64,000 bases of DNA from IMG/VR virus record IMGVR_UViG_3300050821_003843, positions 8,918 through 72,917 of that record; one strand, 5' to 3'. Of the stretch, positions 18,194-27,022 are shown piece by piece. The notes under the pieces are model-generated. The model worked only from the letters and a program-made list of their open reading frames with translations, was not told the origin of the DNA and made no database searches. A program made the translations under genes and the position numbers. The first letter of the stretch is position 1. Each line of letters opens with the position of its first letter. The stretch is from a virus.

Positions 18194-18301
18194 GACGTTT
18201 TAGATTAGCAGTAGTGGTCTACCGGGCGATATCCAGTCCACGTTCAACTCGTGGCATGCAGTCGGATAACTGGGGTTCGATTCCCACTATTCTAAAACGT
18301 T
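18194..18301 (+). ncRNA. tRNA-like RNA with long closing stem and two T-loop-like hairpins
   Basis: ACGTTTTAGA/TCTAAAACGT stem; GTAG-TGGT-CTAC; TATCC/GGATA enclosing CCACG-TTCAACT-CGTGG; GGG-TTCGATT-CCC. Confidence 0.55.
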
Positions 18302-18320
18302 ATTTAATCAGGAACACGAT

Positions 18321-18548
18321 GTGCCTCTAGCTATCAAAAAGAAACTGCTACAATCCCAAGTCATATTTCGGTTCGAACACTCACATGGACCATATGACAG
18401 TGGTAGTTTTTACGATGGTGACACCAAATTTGCACAACTCACGCTTATGCGGGACTGTGAAGCCGCAAAATCGCTTGTAAGCCTGTTAAAACGTCAAGGG
18501 GTACAAATCATCGTACCCACGTTCGAAGTCGCTAACGAGGTCAAGTAG
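18321..18548 (+). CDS. Hypothetical protein (tandem paralog 1)
   Basis: MPLAIKK..EH..GPYD..LM...AK aligns with the next ORF. Confidence 0.6.
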   Translation: MPLAIKKKLLQSQVIFRFEHSHGPYDSGSFYDGDTKFAQLTLMRDCEAAKSLVSLLKRQGVQIIVPTFEVANEVK

Positions 18549-18549
18549 C

Positions 18550-18765
18550 GTGCCGATTGCCATCAAAAAACAGGTCAAGCCCCAATCGACTGTAAAATAC
18601 ACGATGGAACACCAACATACGAATGGACCGTATGATAACTTGAACGTGTACGCAAATGGTGTGCGTGTTGGTCAAGTGATATTGATGCACAACGTAGAGG
18701 CAAAGGGATTTATCCAGTTGATAACCCGGTCAGGTGTTCAACTGGTTGTGGATACACATAAGTGA
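18550..18765 (+). CDS. Hypothetical protein (tandem paralog 2)
   Basis: MPIAIKK..EH..GPYD..LM...AK. Confidence 0.6.
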   Translation: MPIAIKKQVKPQSTVKYTMEHQHTNGPYDNLNVYANGVRVGQVILMHNVEAKGFIQLITRSGVQLVVDTHK

Positions 18766-18777
18766 AGGAACAAGAAA

Positions 18778-20877
18778 ATCTTAGGAATCGACACAGAGAC
18801 TTCTGGCGTTGACAAATACCACGGAGCAGCCCCATTCTTTGTAACTGTGTGTGACGATAATGACAATCAAACTTATTGGGAGGCTGATGTCGATCCATTC
18901 ACCCGCAAACCTTTATGGGACTCTTCTGACCTACGCAGTATAAGAAAGACCATACTTGTACCGGGTGAGATGAAGATAATCCACAATGAGAAGTTTGATG
19001 TACCGATGTTGGACAACATCTTACCCGGACTAATGGATGAATGGCCTTGGGATTATACACATGACACGCTAATTAGTGGGCACTTGATTAACTCTAACGA
19101 ACCACACGATCTAACGAGTCAGGTTCTAATCCACTTAGGTCTGAACATCAAGCCAGTGGAAGACAAGCTGCACGAGGCAACAGCAGCAGCCCGTAGAATG
19201 TGTCGAACAAAAGCGTTTATTGCCCAGTTCGGTCAGTGGCGCATTGCTGAAAAGGGTGAAGAGGATTTACCATCGGCAAAGGATGCGACTTGGCAGTTTG
19301 ACACGTTTCTGCCTCGCATGGTAGCCAAATACCAATGGGAAGCGAGTGATGCATATACTGCCTTAGAAAACAGACAACCATTATCCATAATAGAAAAAAG
19401 TAATGGTTGGGAATGGCGTCCTCCTTCAGAAGTCTATGAGGGGTATCATCCGTGGTGGACAGTATTGTCAGAATACGCTAACCCAGATAGCGGGGTGTTA
19501 TGTTACTTGGCAAAGGCGCATCACAAGTGCCTACACGCAAATGATCTGTGGTCTATTTATCTTGAACGAATGAAACTTGTACCACAACTGTGTGCGATGG
19601 AGTCACGTGGCGCAACGTTGCATCAAGGCAGAATGACAGAACTGGAGGAACGGTTTACTAAAGCGTCAGAAGCGGCTGGCCGATTGTGTAAGAACATTGC
19701 ATCAAGGTATGACAACTACAAACTTGAGTTGCCTAAGAACGGGATGAACAACTCATTAAGGGGTTTTCTCTTTGATACAATGAGACTGGAATCACCGATC
19801 AAAACGGATTCAGGTGCCCCATCGTTCGATAAAAATGTGATCGAGCATTTTATGCTGACGCTCCCCACTAAGAGCAAGGAATTGACCTTCGTGGAAAAAT
19901 TAAGGGAAAAGCGTAGCGCAGACACAGCCCTTGGATATTTGACCAGTTATCGAAAGTACATGCTGCCCGATGAAGTGATGGACTTTTACCTGATACATTC
20001 CAAGGTGAATCCAACAGGTACAGCCACATTGCGCAACTCATCACAAGACCCCAATTCCCAACAGGTGAGTAAGAAAGAAGGATTCAACCTACGTTACGTG
20101 TTTGGTCCGTTACCCGGTCGCGAATGGTGGTCGATTGATTACGACAACTTGGAGTTGCGCATCCCAGCCTATGAGTCTGGCGAGCGGGTAATGATTGATA
20201 TCTTCGAAAAGCCCAACGATGCGCCCTACTTTGGCAGTTATCACTTATTAAATGCCAGTATCGTTTATCCTGACTTGTTCTGGCCATTAGCCGAAAAGAA
20301 AGGTGCATTCAAGGAAAAATACGGTTCGACCTACTACCAGTGGATCAAGAATTTCGATTTCGCCGATCAGTATGGTGCAATGTTGGGATCAGGTACAGCA
20401 GACCTAGCAGCACATAAACCCGGTGCGCAAGCAATGGTCCAGGCTAGATTGAAAGAAAAGAACAAACTCAATAACAAGTACATTGACTTGGCTAACAAGT
20501 GGGGGTTTGTTGAGACCATACCCGATATCGAGGTCAATCCACGACGGGGTTATCCGGTCTATTGTTCGCGTTCAAAGTGGGGGCGAGTATCGCCAACGAT
20601 TCCTCTAAACTACCATGTACAGTCTACAGCGTGTTGGATAAAAATGCGTGCTATGTTTAAGGTAGAAGAATACTTGCGGGCAAACAAACTCGATGCCTAC
20701 ATCATCCTCGAAATCCACGATGAATTGATCTTCGATTTCCCATTTGTAAAGGATAAAGGAAATTTACATCACTTGAATGCAATTCGAAAGATCATGGCAT
20801 CTCTAGGCGATTGTGTTGGCATTCCGTTGACGTGTGGACTTTCCTACCATCCTCACAACTGGGCACAAGCGTCATGA
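18778..20877 (+). CDS. polA: Family A DNA polymerase with 3'-5' exonuclease (probable AUC start)
   Basis: ExoI GIDTETSG lies upstream of the tracked start; HNEKFD; T.T.R.SS..PN.QQ; motif A DYDNLELRI; motif C IHDEL. Confidence 0.9.
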   Translation: MLGIDTETSGVDKYHGAAPFFVTVCDDNDNQTYWEADVDPFTRKPLWDSSDLRSIRKTILVPGEMKIIHNEKFDVPMLDNILPGLMDEWPWDYTHDTLISGHLINSNEPHDLTSQVLIHLGLNIKPVEDKLHEATAAARRMCRTKAFIAQFGQWRIAEKGEEDLPSAKDATWQFDTFLPRMVAKYQWEASDAYTALENRQPLSIIEKSNGWEWRPPSEVYEGYHPWWTVLSEYANPDSGVLCYLAKAHHKCLHANDLWSIYLERMKLVPQLCAMESRGATLHQGRMTELEERFTKASEAAGRLCKNIASRYDNYKLELPKNGMNNSLRGFLFDTMRLESPIKTDSGAPSFDKNVIEHFMLTLPTKSKELTFVEKLREKRSADTALGYLTSYRKYMLPDEVMDFYLIHSKVNPTGTATLRNSSQDPNSQQVSKKEGFNLRYVFGPLPGREWWSIDYDNLELRIPAYESGERVMIDIFEKPNDAPYFGSYHLLNASIVYPDLFWPLAEKKGAFKEKYGSTYYQWIKNFDFADQYGAMLGSGTADLAAHKPGAQAMVQARLKEKNKLNNKYIDLANKWGFVETIPDIEVNPRRGYPVYCSRSKWGRVSPTIPLNYHVQSTACWIKMRAMFKVEEYLRANKLDAYIILEIHDELIFDFPFVKDKGNLHHLNAIRKIMASLGDCVGIPLTCGLSYHPHNWAQAS

Positions 20878-21074
20878 ACCACAAGTTAGAAGTCGATGAC
20901 GACGCAATAGTGAATAACTACTACAGGGTCACAATGAGAAATCCACTACTACCAACAGAGTCAGAACTGGCAACACTGCGCAGTAAGTTACCCCACGTCA
21001 ACTATCAAATGTTGAGTCTTCACTGGTTGGCGAATCGAATTACAGAACTCAAAAAAGCAGGGAGGTTAAATTGA
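20874..21074 (+). CDS. Hypothetical protein
   Basis: ATGA overlap with the polymerase stop. Confidence 0.45.
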   Translation: MNHKLEVDDDAIVNNYYRVTMRNPLLPTESELATLRSKLPHVNYQMLSLHWLANRITELKKAGRLN

Positions 21075-21403
21075 GAGTGTTCAAACAGCATGAACTGCGA
21101 GAAGCATACGCCTATGCTGAAGCCGGTGAGATAGCTGTCCATGTCCATTTTATGGTATTCGCTAACTCGCCAGCATGTTTCAAACGTGATATGAATCGTG
21201 GCTATCCTATCGCTCACGTATTAGGACAGGATAAGGAACACCTGATTGCGATAGCCCATGACTGTGGTGTTAAGAAAGTGGTAGTAGAATGCCAAGGAAC
21301 TAGACGACAGCATATTGACCTATGTGGTAAGCCGTTGATCCATTGTCTAACACAAATGGATGTGGATATAGAAGATTACACTTTGGAGAAACAAGGCAAA
21401 TGA
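21071..21403 (+). CDS. Hypothetical protein (DUF4031-like)
   Basis: AH....D...L...A...G...QHIDL pattern; GGAGG RBS. Confidence 0.5.
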   Translation: MRVFKQHELREAYAYAEAGEIAVHVHFMVFANSPACFKRDMNRGYPIAHVLGQDKEHLIAIAHDCGVKKVVVECQGTRRQHIDLCGKPLIHCLTQMDVDIEDYTLEKQGK

Positions 21404-21711
21404 AGATTAGATTGGTATGCCCCGAAGGGTGGAAACAGTGTGGGTTCCAACGTCTTGTGTGTGATGCGGTTGAATGTAGTTTGAACGATAAGGTACGAAT
21501 TGCCGACACACTCAAACAATGGATCAATGATGGAGTGATGGAAGCTGAATCGAACCCGAGTACTGGCTTTGCGTTTGTGGATGGAAATAACTTGTTTGTG
21601 GAGTCAGGTGAAGGGACGACGTTACATGACTTCGCTGACTCGTTACAAGATGCTTCGAAATGTGTGGTAGAATACAAGGATGCAGATGATGAAGGGTGGC
21701 AAGTATGTTAG
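21400..21711 (+). CDS. Hypothetical protein
   Basis: Packed ORF with ATGA overlap. Confidence 0.45.
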   Translation: MKIRLVCPEGWKQCGFQRLVCDAVECSLNDKVRIADTLKQWINDGVMEAESNPSTGFAFVDGNNLFVESGEGTTLHDFADSLQDASKCVVEYKDADDEGWQVC

Positions 21712-22565
21712 TTGAAGAAGTTAAGAAGTTGACACCGTTACAAAGACTCTGTTTTTGGATAACCGAAAGGGAATCAATCAGGTTGAAAAAAGAAGCTGGT
21801 GATCCTAAACCGTGGAGCACGAACGAAGTATTACAGAATTTCCGCTTCTGCAATGTGATTAGGAGTGATGACAAGGTTTCACAGTGGCTCATGAACAACT
21901 GGTACACAAAGGAAAACATTGAGAAGGGGAATTTGGTAACGGCTTGTGTACTGGCACGACAGATCAACAATATCGAAACGATGACGGATATTGGCTACCC
22001 TCATCCATGGAACCCGAAACGAGTCGAAGCGATTTGTAAAAAACGTGTAGCCGATGGGAAAAAGGTATTCAACGGCGCTTACATCATCACGGGTGGGTTA
22101 GGTGGTGGTACGAAGGTGGAACAGGTGATTCACCTTGTGGTTGATCCAATCCATAAAGCGAAGGTAGCTCCAGTCTATGAGTCACTTGAGGCAACACATA
22201 CTCGATTGATGAATTATGTCGGTATGGGGTCATTTATTGCGGGGCAAGTGGTGGCAGACATTAAATTAGCTCTAAACCATGAAAACTATTGGCTTGATAG
22301 AAACACATGGGCTCCTATGGGTCCAGGTTCAAAACGTGGAATGAATCGACTTCACGAGCGCAACCCAGACGAGAAAAAGAATCAAGCCAAGTTCACAAAA
22401 GAACTTCAAGAACTTAGATCACAACTAAGGAAGTTGCTACCAGCAGATCTTTACTTGCGCATGGAAGCGATGGACCTTCAAAACTGCCTATGTGAATTTT
22501 CGAAGATGGAGCGCACGTTGTTCGATAGCAAACGACCCAAACAACTCTATCCGGGGGTGAAATGA
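21696..22565 (+). CDS. aGPT-Pplase1 / 5-hmdU DNA kinase helical domain protein
   Basis: ERESIR.KK..G..KPW....LQ.FRFCNV.R.DD..S.W; F.A.QV..D; GPGS.RG; D.QNCLCEFSK. Confidence 0.85.
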   Translation: MASMLVEEVKKLTPLQRLCFWITERESIRLKKEAGDPKPWSTNEVLQNFRFCNVIRSDDKVSQWLMNNWYTKENIEKGNLVTACVLARQINNIETMTDIGYPHPWNPKRVEAICKKRVADGKKVFNGAYIITGGLGGGTKVEQVIHLVVDPIHKAKVAPVYESLEATHTRLMNYVGMGSFIAGQVVADIKLALNHENYWLDRNTWAPMGPGSKRGMNRLHERNPDEKKNQAKFTKELQELRSQLRKLLPADLYLRMEAMDLQNCLCEFSKMERTLFDSKRPKQLYPGVK

Positions 22566-23143
22566 TTATTTCACTCCGGGGGACAAATGGATCAGGCAAG
22601 TCCACTGTCGTGCGTAAACTCATGGAACGCTACAACGCACAACCTGAGAGCCTTGATTCAAAGGGCAGACCGATGAACTATGTAATGACGTTGGGTAATG
22701 GATCATCACTGTACGTTGTAGGCTGCTATCAGAATGCTTGCGGTGGTTGCGACGGTATTCACCCCTTTACTGAAATTTGGCCACGTGTAACGCGATTGGC
22801 AGCGTTGGGACACGTGTTATTCGAGGGGCTGGCGTTTACCAGTGGTTACGGCAACATCGGCAAGGATAGTGAAGTGTATGGTGATGATTTTGTTTTTGCG
22901 TTTATGGATACCCCACCAGAAGTCTGTATCCAACGGGTACTTGCTCGACGTGAAGCAAAGGGAACTGAAAAACCGTACAGCCCAAAAAACCTGATGAGTA
23001 AGCTAAGTGCGGCGCGTAGCAGCGAACGTAAGATAAAAGAAGTGTACGGTAGGCGAGTTGTTTCAATCAATCACCGTGCAGCAGTTCAGCAGATTTTAGG
23101 GATCTACTATAATGCAAAACGAATTGAATGCATTGGAGTTTAG
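22562..23143 (+). CDS. 5-hmdU DNA kinase (P-loop)
   Basis: LRGTNGSGKST, G.Y...CGGCD, VLFEG, C..RV..RR; flanked by aGPT-Pplase genes. Confidence 0.8.
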   Translation: MIISLRGTNGSGKSTVVRKLMERYNAQPESLDSKGRPMNYVMTLGNGSSLYVVGCYQNACGGCDGIHPFTEIWPRVTRLAALGHVLFEGLAFTSGYGNIGKDSEVYGDDFVFAFMDTPPEVCIQRVLARREAKGTEKPYSPKNLMSKLSAARSSERKIKEVYGRRVVSINHRAAVQQILGIYYNAKRIECIGV

Positions 23144-23906
23144 TCGACAACTAATTACATTGAATGACTTAGATCCAACGTATGTTGTCTTGTGGTATGC
23201 GCAACTAGAGCCTGAACTAAAAGCAAAATTTCTCCTAGCTTACTTGTGCTTTTATCATTTTGGAACGGCATCATGGATCTGTTCACAAAATAACTATTGG
23301 CAAGGGATGATGGATGCGGCAGCAACGAAAGAGCGACCTAGAGCAAGTGAGCGTCGTCATTTTCGAGGGGGGCAAGCAACTCGGGCAATTCAGGACTTAA
23401 TTGATTTAAAACTGACTCCATTACGCATCGTTCAACACTGGTCGAATGGTAAAATTAAACCAAGCGCTTTGGAGGTAATACAGCAAGTTAAAAACCATCG
23501 TGGGTTTGGTGATTGGGTGAGTTTCAAAGCGGCTGACTTATTAGAACGATTGGCAATAGTCCAAGTTCAATTCACACCGGATGATGTATTCAACATGTAC
23601 GAATCGCCACGACTAGGCGCAGAATTGATTGCTGCACAACATGACGTTCCAATGGAACAGGCTTGTCAATTTGCCTACAACCATTTGACAGCAGGATTAA
23701 AGGATCTACTTGCTCCGCCACGTTGCGAACGACGATTGAACATCCAAGAGATTGAAACCTGCTTGTGCAAGTACCACAGTTACCACAAAGGTCATTATAA
23801 ATTAGGACAAGATGTTATCGAGGTGCGCCATGCAATTGAGTTGTATGGTAGCTTGCCGATGAGTAAACGTCTATTTAATGCTGGTAAGAGTGGAGGGCTG
23901 TGGTGA
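23112..23906 (+). CDS. Amino acid:DNA transferase (aGPT-Pplase2/ADDT)
   Basis: DLDP.Y, LAY..FY, R..ERRHFRG, GFG.W..FK.AD..ER, QE.ET.LCK..S...GHY..G.D. Confidence 0.85.
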   Translation: MQNELNALEFSRQLITLNDLDPTYVVLWYAQLEPELKAKFLLAYLCFYHFGTASWICSQNNYWQGMMDAAATKERPRASERRHFRGGQATRAIQDLIDLKLTPLRIVQHWSNGKIKPSALEVIQQVKNHRGFGDWVSFKAADLLERLAIVQVQFTPDDVFNMYESPRLGAELIAAQHDVPMEQACQFAYNHLTAGLKDLLAPPRCERRLNIQEIETCLCKYHSYHKGHYKLGQDVIEVRHAIELYGSLPMSKRLFNAGKSGGLW

Positions 23907-24745
23907 AAGACGTAATTGTCATTGGAGCGGGTATTATTGGCGCTACGATTGCTAAGTCACTACAGACGCAGGGAAGAGACGTATTGGTGATTGATAGTAA
24001 TGAGTCACTGGCGGGGACAAAACCCTCTGGGGGCCATTTAAAGCCATCATGGTTTGGAGGGATGTCGAAAACTGAGTATGAACCTGCAATGGAACTACTC
24101 AATGAGACTTGGGGATTGATTGAAGAACAGTTTACTATCAAGGCGTTGGGAATCAGTACGGGCGTCACTTCAACGGTTTATCGAGTTGACACGGATAAGG
24201 TAATTGAGTTTCCAAGGGTTGTAGGAAGAGTGTGTTCATTACAGTTTTTGGATAACTACCCAAATGTTGTATGGAACAATGGTGAAAGTCAGGAACGTTG
24301 CCGCTTGTTGATTGTCGCGGCTGGAGTGTGGTGTGGAACGTTACTTCCACAACTTGCTTTGAAAATACAGCGTAAGCAGGGAATATCGTTCCGATATAAA
24401 GGTCAGTTGAAAGAACCATTTATCAATCCGTGGGCACCATACAAGCAGATTGTTGCGCATCAACAATCGTCGAATGAGATTTGGATAGGCGATGGGTCTA
24501 CGATACTACAACCAAACTGGACAGCTAAAAGAGAACTTGAGTGTCGAACACGATGTGAGAATAACTTACAGAAGATGCAGTACATTCGTTCTATTACTGG
24601 GTTGCGACCCTACTGTGAAAGTGGGAAAGACCCTTGTCTATTAAAACAAGTTTTCAACCGTGTATGGGTCGCGACAGGTGCGGGTAAGTCTGGGACCATT
24701 GCAGCGGGTTGGGTTGCTAGAAAGATCATTGATGCCACGAGCTAA
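23900..24745 (+). CDS. FAD-dependent oxidoreductase/lyase (DAO family)
   Basis: VIVIGAGIIG, IVAAGVW, GLRPY, TGAGK.G. Confidence 0.85.
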   Translation: MVKDVIVIGAGIIGATIAKSLQTQGRDVLVIDSNESLAGTKPSGGHLKPSWFGGMSKTEYEPAMELLNETWGLIEEQFTIKALGISTGVTSTVYRVDTDKVIEFPRVVGRVCSLQFLDNYPNVVWNNGESQERCRLLIVAAGVWCGTLLPQLALKIQRKQGISFRYKGQLKEPFINPWAPYKQIVAHQQSSNEIWIGDGSTILQPNWTAKRELECRTRCENNLQKMQYIRSITGLRPYCESGKDPCLLKQVFNRVWVATGAGKSGTIAAGWVARKIIDATS

Positions 24746-25607
24746 AATCACTTCAGTCAATTGGACCTATGGGTGTGAGTTAGAACTAGGTGACGTGAGC
24801 AGAGACATAGTAATTCCTCTACAATATGGTAAATGGGAGTATGCTGAGACGGATATTGTCAACATACTTCCTCCATACCGGCATGTTGCTTGTGACCCAT
24901 TGGGGTTGGAACCACCAATGGGGGGTGAGATCAACACTGTTCCAACAATTGGTTGGAAATCACAAATCAAATTGATTGAAGAATTGTTGAAATGGTTAAT
25001 CACTGAGGGACAATCACCAACAACAAATTGTATATCACACACACACGTACATATCCACATACCGAGACTAGTACGTGACATTGAACTACTCAAAAAATTG
25101 ACTAGGTATATAATGGAGAATCAAGTTAAATCTGTTGATAGTTGCCTTCAATTTGATTCTAGGCAAATGTCTGCAAAATTAGGGGCGGGATATTTGAAAC
25201 TCGATTGTGGAAGACTGATGCCTGATTGGATGGGTGAGAATATTATCAACATGGCAAACTCGTTTGATGATTTTATCCGTATCCAGTGCTGTGGTAAAGA
25301 TGGTGTCAGTCGTGGTAGACCGTTTCGATATGCGATCAATACATACTGCCTAAAGCACACACAGACAATTGAATTCCGACTATTTCGTAGCTCACTTGAC
25401 TTACTAGAGCTCTCTGACTGCTTTCGATTCGTGGAACAATTCATGTTGGCGGCATTGAATGATGGACCTTCAGTGGATGAGTTATTGAGGGTAGGTTATA
25501 AGTTTCCTCCGTTTCGCTACTCGCTACCAGAAGTCGAAGGCTGGCTAAAAACGAAGTGGGATAAAAGTAGGGGGGAGAAGAAACGTGAATTCATTCCAGT
25601 TACGTGA
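24732..25607 (+). CDS. Putative amidoligase (COOH-NH2 ligase, amidoligase_2-like)
   Basis: TYGCELE, GGEINT.P, HTHVH, RY..N...L....TIEFR.F. Confidence 0.75.
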   Translation: MPRAKITSVNWTYGCELELGDVSRDIVIPLQYGKWEYAETDIVNILPPYRHVACDPLGLEPPMGGEINTVPTIGWKSQIKLIEELLKWLITEGQSPTTNCISHTHVHIHIPRLVRDIELLKKLTRYIMENQVKSVDSCLQFDSRQMSAKLGAGYLKLDCGRLMPDWMGENIINMANSFDDFIRIQCCGKDGVSRGRPFRYAINTYCLKHTQTIEFRLFRSSLDLLELSDCFRFVEQFMLAALNDGPSVDELLRVGYKFPPFRYSLPEVEGWLKTKWDKSRGEKKREFIPVT

Positions 25608-26115
25608 AACAACTCGCGGAGAGTTTGTGACTGCTACGGGGTTGCATCCAGTTGCGGCTGACTCATTTGCTAAAACATTTCGCGCTAAAGCCGATGCATT
25701 TGACCTATGGCCGTGCCTAGGCGTATGGAATGACAGGCAGCAACTGATGGGGGCGATTATTTGGACGATTACACAACGGCAACCGCATATCGCAAATTTA
25801 CAACTACTTCACACGTTCGCCGAGTATCGTCGACAGGGAGTGGCGTCAAAACTGTGTGTGGAGTGTTTAAATCGCGTGAGAGGGCTTGGGGCTGAGTATT
25901 TGAGGGTGAGTAGTGAGCCTGAAAGCGTGGCGTTTTACAAGAGCCTAGGCATTCAATTTTTAGGTAGGCAAAAATCAGGTTGCTTACTGGCGATGGGTCG
26001 ATTAACGGGTACTGATGGCGATTTCAGACAACTTAATTACTCATTAGAACACGAGCCGATAAGAAAAGCAGTGTTCCGAAAGGGTAAAGGAGGTTGTGTT
26101 GAAGTGTTTAAATAA
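25585..26115 (+). CDS. GNAT acetyltransferase
   Basis: YRRQGVAS.L and A..FY..LG motifs. Confidence 0.85.
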   Translation: MNSFQLRETTRGEFVTATGLHPVAADSFAKTFRAKADAFDLWPCLGVWNDRQQLMGAIIWTITQRQPHIANLQLLHTFAEYRRQGVASKLCVECLNRVRGLGAEYLRVSSEPESVAFYKSLGIQFLGRQKSGCLLAMGRLTGTDGDFRQLNYSLEHEPIRKAVFRKGKGGCVEVFK

Positions 26116-26143
26116 AAATAGCCCACCGGGTTAGGGCGGGCTA
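26112..26143 (-). terminator. Terminator between convergent genes
   Basis: TAGCCC..GGGCTA hairpin preceded by an A-run (U-tail on the minus strand). Confidence 0.5.
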
Positions 26144-26171
26144 ATGAAGTCAACTTATCAGACCAATAATG

Positions 26172-26588
26172 TTATTGCTTGACCCACACATTTCCCCGCT
26201 TACCTTCGGTTGATCCGTAAGCAACTCGACCGTCTTCCACCATCAATTTCAAATGATTGACGACAGGACCACCCTCTTTTCCACCGGGTGTACGACCTAG
26301 TCCGACAACGATTTCACGTGAGGAGTAATCGTGACCCTTCTTCATGAACTTGAGGATTTGATTTTGGAGTTCGGTTGTGTCGGTTCGTGTTGCTCGTGGG
26401 GCTGATTCCTTTTTCACTAATTTCGCAGCAGCCTTTTTCGTAGCCACTTTTTTCACGGGGGCAGTTGACTTGGCGGCAACCTTTTTCACTGCCTCCTTTT
26501 TAACAGGGGCAGGTGATGCAGCAGCATTCACGGGAGCACCGGTGACCACGCCATCAATCACAGCGTTTCCAACAACTTTCTTAGCCAT
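26172..26588 (-). CDS. Histone-H1-like Lys/Ala-rich region plus winged-helix DNA-binding domain
   Basis: PVKK/AAK repeats; IL..M......SSREI...L ... HL..MV..G.V. Confidence 0.6.
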   Translation of the reverse strand: MAKKVVGNAVIDGVVTGAPVNAAASPAPVKKEAVKKVAAKSTAPVKKVATKKAAAKLVKKESAPRATRTDTTELQNQILKFMKKGHDYSSREIVVGLGRTPGGKEGGPVVNHLKLMVEDGRVAYGSTEGKRGNVWVKQ

Positions 26589-26620
26589 AATTCGTCATCT
26601 TTCAAACTAGAACTTGAGGG

Positions 26621-26679
26621 TATCTGCCATCATCAGACCACGTAGATAAATTCGTGGTGACGCCCGGAGGCGTTTCGGC
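26621..26679 (-). ncRNA. Type II hammerhead ribozyme
   Basis: GCC-GAAA-CGCC-UCCG-GGCG-UC^-ACCACG-loop-CGUGGU-CUGAUGA-U-GGC; loop UAUCU can pair with 3' AGAUA (pseudoknot). Confidence 0.88.
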
Positions 26680-26868
26680 TTAGACACATACAGGGTAAGC
26701 AAGGGCAGAAGATTTGTGATGACCATTGATTAACGATTGGAGTTGTTCAACCGTCGCATCATCAACTTTTTCGTTCGAGATCAGGCGAGTTACCTGAACG
26801 ATGTTTTCGCTGGCGTCAATTCGGACTTGGTAGACTCGACCATTCAATTGGATTTTGTAAGTTTTCAT
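26680..26868 (-). CDS. Hypothetical early protein
   Basis: GAAGGAACAAATC-ATG leader after a promoter. Confidence 0.55.
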   Translation of the reverse strand: MKTYKIQLNGRVYQVRIDASENIVQVTRLISNEKVDDATVEQLQSLINGHHKSSALAYPVCV

Positions 26869-26923
26869 GATTTGTTCCTTCGTTTCGTGTGTGTCATTTC
26901 GTTTCGTTGAACCCGACAACAGA

Positions 26924-26952
26924 AGTATCGTCGAGGAGTGGAAGTTTGTAAA
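26924..26952 (-). promoter_or_regulatory. Sigma70-like promoter
   Basis: TTTACA-17-GATACT with an AT-rich upstream tract. Confidence 0.55.
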
Positions 26953-27022
26953 GGAAATTCTGTGAACTTTTCTACGGAATTTTCAAAATAGTTCTGAAAT
27001 CCCTATTTTAGAGGAGTTTTCT

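Noticed and set aside
16667-18301. CRISPR array or mini-array in the non-coding island
   Set aside because: No identical direct repeats with spacers; the units are unrelated hairpins
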